The notes under the pieces were generated by a model that saw only the letters and a list, made by a program, of their open reading frames with translations, did no database searches and was not told the DNA's origin. Position numbers and translations under genes: made by a program. From contig NC_019977.1 of assembly GCF_000328665.1 (NCBI RefSeq), forward strand, positions 1,852,011 through 1,916,010: a stretch of 64,000 nucleotides of DNA, written 5' to 3'. This DNA comes from Methanomethylovorans hollandica DSM 15978 (GTDB lineage: Archaea; Halobacteriota; Methanosarcinia; Methanosarcinales; Methanosarcinaceae). Of this stretch, positions 11,630-21,594 are shown in pieces. Within the stretch, counting starts at the first letter, position 1; the number at the start of each line of letters is the position of its first letter.

Positions 11630-12261
11630 CAGGTGATGGTCCACAGGCAGCATTCGTTACCCGTACGCAGTGTCCTCTCTGCCACAAAGAAATCATAATG
11701 AATTGGGAGAGAGATGAGATCCCATATTTCGGGGATGTCATGTACATTACGGCGTGCTGCGACTGTAGTTTTCGTTTCACTGACACAATGATCCTGTCCC
11801 AGAAAGAACCTGTCCGATACGAATTTGTCGTTGAAGGGTCTGAAGACCTTTATGCTAAGGTCGTGCGTTCTACTTCAGGGACGATAAAGGTTCCTGAACT
11901 GGGAATAATTGTGGAGCCTGGTTCTATCTCGGAATCATACATAACTAACATCGAAGGTGTGCTTGACCGGATACTGGGGGTTGTGATCACTGCAACAAAA
12001 TGGGTGGCAGATGAGCCGGAAAAATATGAGCGCGGCCTTCAGTTACAGGAAATGATACATGAAGCTGTAGATGGCAAAAGGAAACTTACCGTGATCATAG
12101 AGGATCCTTTGGGCAACAGTGCCATAATATCCGAAAAAGCCGTATCTTCCAAGCTTACTCAGGAACAGGCACGTAAGCTTAAAACTGGCATGATAGTTTT
12201 CGATGCAGAGAGTGCTGAGATCGAAATGGACGCATGTGATGAAGACATGATAGGAAATTGA
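11626..12261 (+). CDS. ZPR1 zinc-finger protein
   Basis: CPLC, IPYFG, C-x2-C, ITNIEGVL and IEDPLGNSAI. Confidence 0.92.
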   Translation: MTGDGPQAAFVTRTQCPLCHKEIIMNWERDEIPYFGDVMYITACCDCSFRFTDTMILSQKEPVRYEFVVEGSEDLYAKVVRSTSGTIKVPELGIIVEPGSISESYITNIEGVLDRILGVVITATKWVADEPEKYERGLQLQEMIHEAVDGKRKLTVIIEDPLGNSAIISEKAVSSKLTQEQARKLKTGMIVFDAESAEIEMDACDEDMIGN

Positions 12262-12294
12262 TTATCTATCAGTTCCATCACTACAATTAAAATT

Positions 12295-13062
12295 ATGGGG
12301 ATCAACATGGAAGGCGAAAGGACAGAGAGACCCACAATGCCTTTAATAGGCGATATAGCACCTGGCTTTCAGGCGAGGACAACAAAAGGAAGGATCAACT
12401 TCCCTGAAGACTACAAAGGAAAGTGGGTCATCCTCTTCAGTCATCCGGCAGACTTTACTCCTGTATGCACCACAGAGTTTATCAAATGTGCAACAATGCA
12501 GGAGGAGTTCAGGCAGCTTAATACTGAACTTATTGGTCTTTCCATTGATAGTTTATATTCTCACATCTCATGGCTCGCTGCTATCAAAGAAAAGATAGAG
12601 TACAAAGGGTTGAAAGGGATAGATATCGATTTTCCGATAATTGAAGATGTGAGCATGGAAATTGCGGGCAAATATGGTATGATCCATCCCCGAGCTTCCT
12701 ATACGCCCGAGGAAATTCTTGAAAAATTGGAGACTACGAGTGGTTCTTTCCATTTCATGGAGTCTAGCACAGAAACGGTAAGAGCAGTATTTATCATCGA
12801 CCCCAGGGCCAAGATAAGGGCAATGTTTTATTACCCATTCTCCAACGGCAGGAACATGGGAGAGATCAAGCGCCTGCTTGTAGCAATGCAGGTATCTGAC
12901 AAACATAATGTACAAACCCCTGAGAACTGGCATCCCGGAGAAGATGTGATTCTTCCAAACCCAGTATCATGGGATATGGCAAAGGAAAGGCTTCAGAAGG
13001 GTGAAGATGGCACCAGGTGCGGAGATTGGTTCCTCTGCATGAAAAAAGATTCTGAAAAATGA
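12295..13062 (+). CDS. Peroxiredoxin (Prx6 type)
   Basis: FSHPADFTPVCTTE peroxidatic motif, GRN, TPENW and C-terminal CGDWFLC. Confidence 0.93.
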   Translation: MGINMEGERTERPTMPLIGDIAPGFQARTTKGRINFPEDYKGKWVILFSHPADFTPVCTTEFIKCATMQEEFRQLNTELIGLSIDSLYSHISWLAAIKEKIEYKGLKGIDIDFPIIEDVSMEIAGKYGMIHPRASYTPEEILEKLETTSGSFHFMESSTETVRAVFIIDPRAKIRAMFYYPFSNGRNMGEIKRLLVAMQVSDKHNVQTPENWHPGEDVILPNPVSWDMAKERLQKGEDGTRCGDWFLCMKKDSEK

Positions 13063-13168
13063 ACTGTGGTTTTTGCAGGTCCTCAACCGCCGGATGCGAT
13101 CCTGAGAAGGAAATGCCTATAAACAATGCATCTGTTTATACCTGAAGATCAAGATAGCAGGTGACCTC

Positions 13169-14605
13169 ATGACAGAAAAGGAGAAAGAAGCGACCCTTCC
13201 TTCAAAGAAGGATTTTAGTGAATGGTACAATGAACTCTTACGAATAGCTGAAATAATGGATGTGCGCTATCCTGTAAAAGGCCTTTACGTATGGTATCCG
13301 TTTGGTTTTACGATTCGGAAAAACGTTTATAACATAATAAGGGAACTATTGGACAAGGATCATATGGAAACAATGTTCCCGCTTCTTATACCTGAAAATG
13401 AGTTCATGAAAGAGGCGGAGCACATAAAGGGCTTTGAGGATGAAGTATATTGGGTCACTCACGGTGGTACATCTCCACTGGATGTGAAACTTGCCCTGCG
13501 GCCTACAAGCGAGACTGCTATTTATCCTATGTACAAATTGTGGGTGCGCTCCCATGCTGACCTGCCTCTGAAATTATATCAGATAGTTAACACTTTCAGA
13601 TACGAGACAAAACATACCCGTCCTCTTATAAGGTTAAGGGAGATAACCTCTTTCAAAGAGGCGCACACCGTACATGCTACCTGGCAAGAGGCTGCTGAAC
13701 AAGTAGATGAGGCTATAAAGATATATATAGAGTTCTATTATAGGCTGGCAGTGCCTGTGCTTGCTTCTAAGCGCCCGGACTGGGACAAGTTCCCGGGAGC
13801 TGATTATACCATAGCTGTAGATGCATTGATGCCTGACGGCAAGACCTTACAGGTAGGGACAGCTCATCATCTTGGCGATAACTTTGCCAGGACTTTCGAC
13901 ATAAAGTACGAGAATCCGGCAGGAGAACAGGTATATGCTCACCAGACATGTTATGGCGTTTCAGAGCGCTCTATAGCTGCACTGATATCCATACACGGTG
14001 ATGATAAAGGACTTGTATTACCTCCTGAAGTGGCTCCTATACAGGTGGTGATCATACCTATAGTGTTCAAGGATTCATCTGATGTGATCCAGGCATGTGA
14101 AAAAGTACAGCAACTTCTGCAGGATGCAGGGATCCGTGTAAAAATTGATCTGAGTGACGATCGTCCCGGGGCTAAGTATTATAGATGGGAAATGAAAGGT
14201 GTGCCACTGAGACTGGAGATAGGCCCCCGAGATCTAAAGAATGGTGTTGCTGTGCTGGTTCGTAGAGATACCGGAGAAAAAAGACAGGTACCTCTGGAAA
14301 ACATAAGCCATGAATCAAAAGAGACATTAAAGGTCATTCAGTCCACCCTCTTTGAGAAAGCGGTCGCAGATATGCAGGCACGCATATTTGTTTGCTCTAC
14401 TCTTGAAGATGTCAATGAGAAATTATCTGAGGGTATAGCACTCCTTCCATGGTGTGGCGATAAGGCATGTGGTTTGCAGATAGAAGAGGAGATCGGTGCA
14501 GGCATTTTGGGCATACCCACCGATCAGGAAGAGGGCCATAAGGGGCATTGCCCCGTCTGTGGCAAAGATGCAAGTGTAAAAGTTTATGTAGCAAGGAAAT
14601 ATTGA
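13169..14605 (+). CDS. proS: Proline--tRNA ligase (archaeal/eukaryote type)
   Basis: [23 protein letters not shown], anticodon-binding domain and C-terminal Zn site ending ARKY. Confidence 0.97.
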   Translation: MTEKEKEATLPSKKDFSEWYNELLRIAEIMDVRYPVKGLYVWYPFGFTIRKNVYNIIRELLDKDHMETMFPLLIPENEFMKEAEHIKGFEDEVYWVTHGGTSPLDVKLALRPTSETAIYPMYKLWVRSHADLPLKLYQIVNTFRYETKHTRPLIRLREITSFKEAHTVHATWQEAAEQVDEAIKIYIEFYYRLAVPVLASKRPDWDKFPGADYTIAVDALMPDGKTLQVGTAHHLGDNFARTFDIKYENPAGEQVYAHQTCYGVSERSIAALISIHGDDKGLVLPPEVAPIQVVIIPIVFKDSSDVIQACEKVQQLLQDAGIRVKIDLSDDRPGAKYYRWEMKGVPLRLEIGPRDLKNGVAVLVRRDTGEKRQVPLENISHESKETLKVIQSTLFEKAVADMQARIFVCSTLEDVNEKLSEGIALLPWCGDKACGLQIEEEIGAGILGIPTDQEEGHKGHCPVCGKDASVKVYVARKY

Positions 14606-14644
14606 TCCCTGCAACTTACTTTTTACTGAAAAAGAGGGTGTATC

Positions 14645-15709
14645 ATGGAAGGACCATCACCAGAAAATATAAAAATGCCTGAAAGGCCATTGTTCCTGTG
14701 CGTATTGGCAAATACTGAAACGGCTTACATTGAAGGCCTTTCTGCTGCCGGGAAGACAGCAAAACTAACAGACTATACACCGCCTGGGGATGCCGAGGTG
14801 CTGGAGACCGGCATGGTGGTGGATGTACCTATTCTGCCCATGACGCCGCCTTATGACACGCCTACACCTGCGCTTATTACCCGGGTTGCGCTGGATATGA
14901 CCGGTGTGCCACACATGCTTGTAAATGCAGGACTGAAGACCCTGCCTGCTAAAACAGTGCCTCTGAGAGACATTGGAGGAGCACCTGGAAAAGATATACG
15001 GGAAGCTATAGCCGTCCCTGATGCACAGGGTATCTTCGAACGTGGTTTTATTCTGGGCAGGGAACTAAAGGATAAATATGACTTTGTCATGATCGGCGAA
15101 AGTATACCTGCGGGTACCACTACTGCCAATGCGGTCCTGGCAGCCCTTGGTTATGATGGAAATGTAAGCAGTAGTGCATCCACCAATCCCCTTGAACTTA
15201 AAAAACAGGTTATAAATGAAGCTCTGGCCTCTTCCGGCATAAAACCTGGCGATCTTCGTAACGATCCTATGGAAGCGATCAAATGCGTGGGCGATCCTAT
15301 GATGGCAGCAGTTGCGGGGATAGCCACAGGGCTTGAAGATATGCCTGTGATCCTTGCAGGTGGCACTCAGATGGCAGCAGTTTTTGCCGTGATCAAACAT
15401 CTTGGATATGAGACAGATAACATCACTATTGTAACAACTTGCTATGTCATGAATGACACTTCAGCTCACTTTGCCACAATTACGGACAAACTGGATGCAA
15501 AAGCATATGCAACTGACCCTGGATTTGGTCAATCACGCCTGCAGGGCCTCAGACAATATGAAGCCGGATTCGTAAAAGAAGGAGTTGGTGCAGGCGGAGC
15601 TATATACCTTACACAGATGTTCGGCATCCCTATAGAAAAGCTGAGAGCTGAGATAGAATTGCTCTGTGAGAAACTCTCAAAATATGGGGATATTGAGAGA
15701 GTAAAGTGA
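14645..15709 (+). CDS. cobT: Archaeal nicotinate-mononucleotide-dependent phosphoribosyltransferase
   Basis: GESIPAGTTTA, VGDPM, LAGGTQM and KEGVGAGG. Confidence 0.88.
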   Translation: MEGPSPENIKMPERPLFLCVLANTETAYIEGLSAAGKTAKLTDYTPPGDAEVLETGMVVDVPILPMTPPYDTPTPALITRVALDMTGVPHMLVNAGLKTLPAKTVPLRDIGGAPGKDIREAIAVPDAQGIFERGFILGRELKDKYDFVMIGESIPAGTTTANAVLAALGYDGNVSSSASTNPLELKKQVINEALASSGIKPGDLRNDPMEAIKCVGDPMMAAVAGIATGLEDMPVILAGGTQMAAVFAVIKHLGYETDNITIVTTCYVMNDTSAHFATITDKLDAKAYATDPGFGQSRLQGLRQYEAGFVKEGVGAGGAIYLTQMFGIPIEKLRAEIELLCEKLSKYGDIERVK

Positions 15710-16173
15710 AGAAGATCAAAAATAGAGTTATGTGGACCTGATACATCCACATTTAATAGGGTATTTAAATACATTTGAGTATATAAAATGCTTGTTCATT
15801 ACTGTTTGGAAAAATTGGTATAATTTGTTTTGTGAGCCTGTCTTGATCTTCAGACGCTCACAATTCAATAATGAGGGGATTTTGATTAACCTCCTTTTTA
15901 ATCGATTACTTATATACATTATATAAGACATTTTTTAGAAAATGTAATCTCATTACACATCTTGTACCCTCCATCACACTTTATGGAATTATACTGGCTT
16001 TCTTGAATACTATTTAGTAAATTAGTGTTATTTTACACATATACCTTGATTTGAAAAATAAAGATCAAAAAAGAAAAAATAGATTATCTCTAACTATCAG
16101 TCAGATAAATCCGAATTTCCATCACCGATAGATATATCACTGATAAGATGTATTCTGGGGGATACACCTATCT

Positions 16174-16361
16174 GGGGTTGTGGCCTAGCCCGGCATGGCG
16201 ACGGGCTCCAGCGGATAGATGATGAACAACGGGTCTACTGAGATCTGCCCGACGGGGCTGATTGGTGAGGAGCCGTTGGAGCACTGATATGTGCTCAGAA
16301 TGCTGAAAAGCATTTGTTCGGAGAGACCCGTCGATCGTGAGTTCAAATCTCACCAACCCCA
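16174..16361 (+). tRNA. tRNA-Trp(CCA) with a 114-nt intron (16212-16325)
   Basis: Acceptor stem GGGGTTG/CAACCCC, anticodon arm ACGGG-CTCCAG|A-CCCGT, T-loop TTCAAAT; intron at position 37/38; followed by a T-tract. Confidence 0.95.
16212..16325 (+). ncRNA. Intron-encoded box C/D guide RNA
   Basis: Box C ATGATGA 16219-25, D' CTGA 16238-41, C' GTGAGGA 16265-71, D CTGA 16284-87; guides complementary to the host pre-tRNA. Confidence 0.9.
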
Positions 16362-16674
16362 CTTTTTATAAGATATACCGTTTAGAAAAGCTATTTATAG
16401 TTGCCATAAAATATTTATTGTTTTTGAGCTTGTAGATGACACGATGCTTATATACTTATTGAAATATATATTGAATTTATGAGGGAATTAGATGAACAAA
16501 GGATGGATAATGGCATGTATGAAAATAAAATGTCCAAAGAGACAGGTGTTAAGGTCTTTGAAAAAGAGGCATACAAACATAGTATGTGCTGCAAAGGGGA
16601 TTTTACATTCGACAATGCAAATCCAAAAAGACTATATATTCTTCCCTTAATAACAAATTTTAGGATAGTATACC

Positions 16675-17682
16675 ATGATAGGATCTGATCTTGACAGAGT
16701 ACTGGTAGTTGATGATGAGCCAGCTATCGTAGATCTCATGGAACTTTATCTCAAGTCTCATTATGAAATAATCAGAGCTTATAACGGAAAGGAGGCTCTT
16801 AGAAAAGCCAGGTCCGAAAAGCCTTCTGTAATAATCCTTGATGTGATGATGCCCGACATGAACGGATATGAGGTCTGTAAGGTGCTTAAGACTTCAGTAG
16901 AAACCCAATTCACCCCCATTATAATGGTAACTGCTCTTTCAGGCAAAGATGAAAAGATAAAAGGTCTTGAGTCCGGTGCTGACGAATTTCTGAGTAAGCC
17001 TGTAAACAGACTTGAACTTGTGACCCGTGTTAAATCCCTTACAAGAATAAAACATCTTCAGGACAGGATCCTGGCAGAACGCAATTATGCATACCAATGC
17101 ATCGATGTGGCCGGAGGTTTAATGCTGGTTGTGGACAGGGATCAAATGATCAATCTGATGAACCGCACAGGAAATGAATCACTTGGTTATGATGAGTTTG
17201 AACTTATCGGACAAAATGTGTTCGATGTGCTGTTCTTACCTGAAGATAGGGAAAAAGAAAAAGAAAATTTCAAAGAGATAATAACTAATATGAGTGATAC
17301 TCCACTCTCCAGTGAGAAAAAGATCCTTAAGAAGAATGGAGAAGCTATAATTGTAAGCTGGAGCAAGTCACCCATTTACGACAGTAATGGAAATATAGAG
17401 GCATTGATATGTTCTGGAAAGGATATCACTGAACTCAAGATGAAAAATGAGTTATTGCTGAATCTGAACGAAATGAAAGATATCTTCACAGGCGTACTCA
17501 ACCAGGGTCTGATGGGTCCTGTTACAGAGATACAGGATTATGTGCAGGCACTTCTAGAACAGGAAACTGAAACAGAGAATATAGCATATGTTGAAAAAAT
17601 AATGCGAAATGTATCTAATATGACCGAAACTCTAAAGACTGCCTCAGCTTATCTGGATCAACAACCAGAAGAAAAAATATGA
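16675..17682 (+). CDS. Response regulator: REC-PAS/PAC-HisKA-like, no HATPase domain
   Basis: VVDDE, LDVMMPDMNG, VTA and KP in REC; PAS ending SGKDITE; about 70-aa helical C-terminus. Confidence 0.85.
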   Translation: MIGSDLDRVLVVDDEPAIVDLMELYLKSHYEIIRAYNGKEALRKARSEKPSVIILDVMMPDMNGYEVCKVLKTSVETQFTPIIMVTALSGKDEKIKGLESGADEFLSKPVNRLELVTRVKSLTRIKHLQDRILAERNYAYQCIDVAGGLMLVVDRDQMINLMNRTGNESLGYDEFELIGQNVFDVLFLPEDREKEKENFKEIITNMSDTPLSSEKKILKKNGEAIIVSWSKSPIYDSNGNIEALICSGKDITELKMKNELLLNLNEMKDIFTGVLNQGLMGPVTEIQDYVQALLEQETETENIAYVEKIMRNVSNMTETLKTASAYLDQQPEEKI

Positions 17683-17760
17683 TAGAATATCTGGAAACAT
17701 ATGGTTTAAGAGATACATTTGGCAAAAACATTTAAATCATATCATGTGTGTAGTAATGTC

Positions 17761-17818
17761 GTTTCATTCGGGAGGGATCCCGTGGGAATGTAGCCGGAAA
17801 AAGGCTGAACCGTGAAAC
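17761..17818 (+). promoter_or_regulatory. Structured 5' leader of rpl15e (eL15-Euryarchaeota r-leader-like)
   Basis: GTTTCA/TGAAAC and CGG/CCG closing stem enclosing TCC/GGA and AGCC/GGCT hairpins; TTTAAAT TATA box at 17731-37. Confidence 0.65.
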
Positions 17819-17843
17819 TAAAAATGAAACAAGGTGAACACAA

Positions 17844-18434
17844 TTGTCAAAATCTTTTTATGGATATATTAGAGATGCCTGGAAGAACCCTGATGCGACT
17901 TATGTCAAGGATCTTAGGTGGGAGAGACTCCAGGAATGGAGAGAACAGGGTTCCATCGTGAAGATCAGAAGACCCACTCGCATAGATCGTGCAAGGTCCC
18001 TTGGATACAAAGCTAAACAGGGAATAATAGTTGTGCGTGCAAAAGTAAGAAGAGGAAGCCGCAGAAATACAAGATATGTTCGCGGAAGACGCAGTCACAA
18101 CATGGGTAAGAACAAGATAACTGCAGGCAAGAGTATACAGAGAATTGCAGAAGAGCGTGCGTCCAGAAAATACCCGAACATGGAAGTCCTCAACTCCTAC
18201 TGGGTAGGCGAGGATGGCAAAGCCAAGTGGTACGAAGTGATCCTTGTGGACCCCAGTCACCCCGTGATCAAGAACGATAAAAATCTTAATTGGATCTGCA
18301 ACAGCACCCAGAAGGGGCGTGTCTTCCGTGGAAAGACCAGTGCTGGTGTAAAGGGAAGAGGTATGGGTAAACGTGGTACTGGAACCGAAAAGAACAGACC
18401 CAGTATCAGGTCTAACATGAACAGGGGCAAGTGA
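17844..18434 (+). CDS. rpl15e: 50S ribosomal protein L15e
   Basis: [40 protein letters not shown] start after GGTGA. Confidence 0.97.
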   Translation: MSKSFYGYIRDAWKNPDATYVKDLRWERLQEWREQGSIVKIRRPTRIDRARSLGYKAKQGIIVVRAKVRRGSRRNTRYVRGRRSHNMGKNKITAGKSIQRIAEERASRKYPNMEVLNSYWVGEDGKAKWYEVILVDPSHPVIKNDKNLNWICNSTQKGRVFRGKTSAGVKGRGMGKRGTGTEKNRPSIRSNMNRGK

Positions 18435-18886
18435 TCCATCATATAAATTTGCGAGTGATAGCGCACTCGACGGAAGAAAAATCCAGGGTAATGGATGCCC
18501 TGGGTTTATTTTTAAAGAATTCTTTAAAGAATAAGGATTCTGATTTATTGTCAGAGCTAGTTGATACTATTGAAGCTGAAGGGCACTATGGTAATCCGAT
18601 AACGATCTTCAGCATACAATTGACCCGTAAGCACGATACAATGGCCTTCTCAAAGTTTGTCCATAATAATATGACATCGGAAGATCTTGAGACCCTTCAA
18701 AGTGAAATGCCTGACAGACTTGATGATGAACAAGTATTCCACCTGAGATTCGATAAACAAGAAGCTTATATGGGCCGTGTGAAAATTGTTTCATCCTCTG
18801 ATGCTATAACTGCTAAAGTGAAGATAGAAACATACCCAAAGAACAGGGAAATGGCAGGGAAGATAGTGGAGGAGTTGTTTGGTTGA
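18431..18886 (+). CDS. Predicted RNA-binding protein (DUF54/COG1325)
   Basis: [12 protein letters not shown] and LRFDKQ; usual superoperon position. Confidence 0.85.
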   Translation: MIHHINLRVIAHSTEEKSRVMDALGLFLKNSLKNKDSDLLSELVDTIEAEGHYGNPITIFSIQLTRKHDTMAFSKFVHNNMTSEDLETLQSEMPDRLDDEQVFHLRFDKQEAYMGRVKIVSSSDAITAKVKIETYPKNREMAGKIVEELFG

Positions 18887-19616
18887 AGGGTATTATGATC
18901 TTTGCATCCGTTACCTTCCTGAAGATGACCAGGAAATGGAAAGATTCTTATCACTTGTAACACATTTTGGTTTTAAGGGTGCAGGAATAGCACAAGTACC
19001 AAATAGCAAATCAGTGGCATCATATATAGGCCCGCGTTATTCTTTTTTTGATCTTGTGCATGGAGTGGACATACATGAAGAGAATCCTTCTAAACTCCAC
19101 TCCCAGATCAGCCGCTACGCTAAAAAAGTAGATTTTGTGATGGTAGAAGGGGGAGCGGATAAACTGAACCGTTCAGCTGTTGAAGCCGCAAATGTGAACA
19201 TATTGTCTTTGCCTTTTGGTATCAAAGATGGGGGATTGGATCATGTGATCGCAAAATTTGCTGCTGACAGAAATATTGCCATTGAGTTTGATGTTGGGTC
19301 CCTAATACGATACAGAGGCGGGAAAAGAGTGCATGCTATGTCAGAACTCGGGCAGCGGCTGATGCTTGCAAGGAAGTTTGATGTGCATATGGTACTGACC
19401 AGTGGTGCGCGGTCCATTTATGATATACGGGGACCAAGAGAGCTTATTGCATTGGCAGGTTTGTTCGGGATGACAAAGGAAGAAGCAATAAGATCCATGA
19501 CTGCTATACCTGCCGCCATCCTTAGAACAAAAAGAAAAACTCATGGCTTTATTATGGATGGTGTGGAACTTATAGAAGAACAGGCTCCTCCTGAAAAACA
19601 GGAGGAATTCTGTTGA
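18879..19616 (+). CDS. rnp3: RNase P protein component 3 (Rpp30)
   Basis: VEGGADKLNRSAVE, GLDHVIAK and SGARSIYDIRGPRE. Confidence 0.92.
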   Translation: MVEGYYDLCIRYLPEDDQEMERFLSLVTHFGFKGAGIAQVPNSKSVASYIGPRYSFFDLVHGVDIHEENPSKLHSQISRYAKKVDFVMVEGGADKLNRSAVEAANVNILSLPFGIKDGGLDHVIAKFAADRNIAIEFDVGSLIRYRGGKRVHAMSELGQRLMLARKFDVHMVLTSGARSIYDIRGPRELIALAGLFGMTKEEAIRSMTAIPAAILRTKRKTHGFIMDGVELIEEQAPPEKQEEFC

Positions 19617-19981
19617 AAACGCTTCCTTCCAGCTTAAGACAAAGGAAACGTTATCTTGCAATAGAGATAATTACTGAACTCGAAGTATCCAGAGAAGAAC
19701 TTTTACGTGAAATTTTCTCTGCCATGGGCTCATTGTATGGTGATATAGGTTCCAGTGAATGCGCAATGAGATTGCTGGATTTTGGGAACCGGAAAGGGAT
19801 ACTGCGCTGTTCCCACATGATGGAAGAAAGATCTCGTGCAGCACTTGCAACAATAACCACCATTGGTGGACAGCGCGCAATAGTGCATGTACTTGGCATA
19901 TCGGGAACTGTGAAGGGTGCAACACAAAAGTATATAAGTGTGCAGCAATATCAGAACCCGAACATATTAATATATAAGTAA
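19613..19981 (+). CDS. rnp2: RNase P protein component 2 (Pop5)
   Basis: LPSSLRQRKRYL, GILRC and GISGTVK. Confidence 0.92.
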   Translation: MKTLPSSLRQRKRYLAIEIITELEVSREELLREIFSAMGSLYGDIGSSECAMRLLDFGNRKGILRCSHMMEERSRAALATITTIGGQRAIVHVLGISGTVKGATQKYISVQQYQNPNILIYK

Positions 19982-20044
19982 TAACAATGTTCATAGAACA
20001 GAGCCGAAGAATATACAGTTTATTAATATAGGAGATGATTAGAT

Positions 20045-20830
20045 ATGCAAATGACGCCACAGATGGGTTATGATCGTGCCATCACAGTATTCAGTCCGGA
20101 TGGAAGGCTCTTTCAGGTGGAATATGCTAGAGAAGCCGTGAAAAGAGGAACAACTGCCGCAGGCATCAAGGCAAAGGAAGGAGTTGTACTTCTTGTCGAT
20201 AAAAGAATTACCAGCAGGCTAATTGAAGCTGAATCCATTGAGAAGATATTCCAGATAGACAGTCACATAGGTGTTGCTACCTCTGGGCTGGTGGCCGATG
20301 CCCGTTCACTGGTTGACAGAGCCAGAGTTGAAGCACAGATCAACAAAGTATCCTATGATGAGAACATCGGTGTCGAAGTCCTTGCAAAGAAGATCTGCGA
20401 CCATAAACAGAACTACACTCAGTTTGGAGGCGTCAGACCTTATGGTACTGCGCTCTTAATAGCAGGAGTGGATGACACCAGACCAAGACTATTTGAAAGT
20501 GACCCAAGTGGTGCTTTGCTGGAATATAAGGCCACAGCCATAGGTGCAGGCAGGAACACTTTCATGGAAGTTTTCGAAGCTCAGTATCGCGAGGATCTGA
20601 GCATTGATGAAGCAATTCTGCTTGGCATGACCGCCTTATACAAGTCCACCGAAGGAAAGATTGATGCTGCAACACTGGAAGTGGGAGTAGTTACACTACA
20701 AGATCGTACATTCCGCAAGCTTGCAGAAGAAGAAGTACAACAATATGTATCCAAAGTCATTGAAGAACAGAAGAAAGAAGTAAAAGAAGAAACTGAATCT
20801 GTTTCCGAAAATGGACCTGCAGGCGAGTGA
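20045..20830 (+). CDS. psmA: Proteasome alpha subunit
   Basis: [25 protein letters not shown] signature. Confidence 0.97.
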   Translation: MQMTPQMGYDRAITVFSPDGRLFQVEYAREAVKRGTTAAGIKAKEGVVLLVDKRITSRLIEAESIEKIFQIDSHIGVATSGLVADARSLVDRARVEAQINKVSYDENIGVEVLAKKICDHKQNYTQFGGVRPYGTALLIAGVDDTRPRLFESDPSGALLEYKATAIGAGRNTFMEVFEAQYREDLSIDEAILLGMTALYKSTEGKIDAATLEVGVVTLQDRTFRKLAEEEVQQYVSKVIEEQKKEVKEETESVSENGPAGE

Positions 20831-20890
20831 AAGGCTTACATTACATAAAGTTATATAAAAATATACAGTATATAAAGTGGGGGATATGAA

Positions 20891-21583
20891 ATGGTATCTC
20901 TTGATGAATCCGTAATTGCAAGGCTTAAGAAGGGTAAGAACCACTACGAGGTCTTTGTTGAGCCAGATGGAGCACTGGCATTGAAAAAAGGGGATGATGT
21001 AAAAATAGAAGAGATAATTGCAGTTGAATCCATTTTTACTGATGCTGGCCAGGGAGAACATGCTTCTGAATCTGATCTCCTCAATATATTTGGCACACTG
21101 GATGCCCTGGTAATTGCAAAGGAAATCATTTCACATGGAGAATTGCAGTTAACGAAGGAGCAGAGAAAGCAAATACTTGATGAGAAAACAAAGCGCATAA
21201 TCAGTACGATTGCACAGAATGCAATAAATCCACAGACCAAAGCCCCACATCCCCCTTCAAGGATTGAGAAGGCCATGGAAGAGGCAAAAATCCATATAGA
21301 CCCATTCAAATCTGTAGACGAGCAAGTAATGATAGTGATGAAGGCAATCCGCCCCATCATACCTATACGTTTTGAAGAAGTACAAATAGCAGTCAAAGTA
21401 CCAGGGGAATATGCTCCAAAATCATATGGAGAGATTGCCAGGTTTGGTACGCTTGTGAGGGAAGAATGGCAGGCTAATGGCTCATGGGTAGGTGTTGTAA
21501 AAATGCCTGCGGGTATGCAGAACGATTTTTACGGTCTTGTGAACCATCTCACCAAGGGTGATGCTGAAACTAAACTATTATAA
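20891..21583 (+). CDS. Ribosome maturation factor SBDS/Sdo1
   Basis: GELQLT, NPQTKAPHPPSRIE and IPIRFE. Confidence 0.94.
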   Translation: MVSLDESVIARLKKGKNHYEVFVEPDGALALKKGDDVKIEEIIAVESIFTDAGQGEHASESDLLNIFGTLDALVIAKEIISHGELQLTKEQRKQILDEKTKRIISTIAQNAINPQTKAPHPPSRIEKAMEEAKIHIDPFKSVDEQVMIVMKAIRPIIPIRFEEVQIAVKVPGEYAPKSYGEIARFGTLVREEWQANGSWVGVVKMPAGMQNDFYGLVNHLTKGDAETKLL

Positions 21584-21594
21584 GAGGCTAGATA

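Noticed and set aside
15728..16362. Short ORFs 15728-15931, 15732-15926 and 16168-16362
   Set aside because: AT-rich chance ORFs or antisense to the tRNA
16174..17700. tRNA-Trp (or tRNA-Lys) as an integration site
   Set aside because: No duplicated tRNA 3' end or integrase seen in the window
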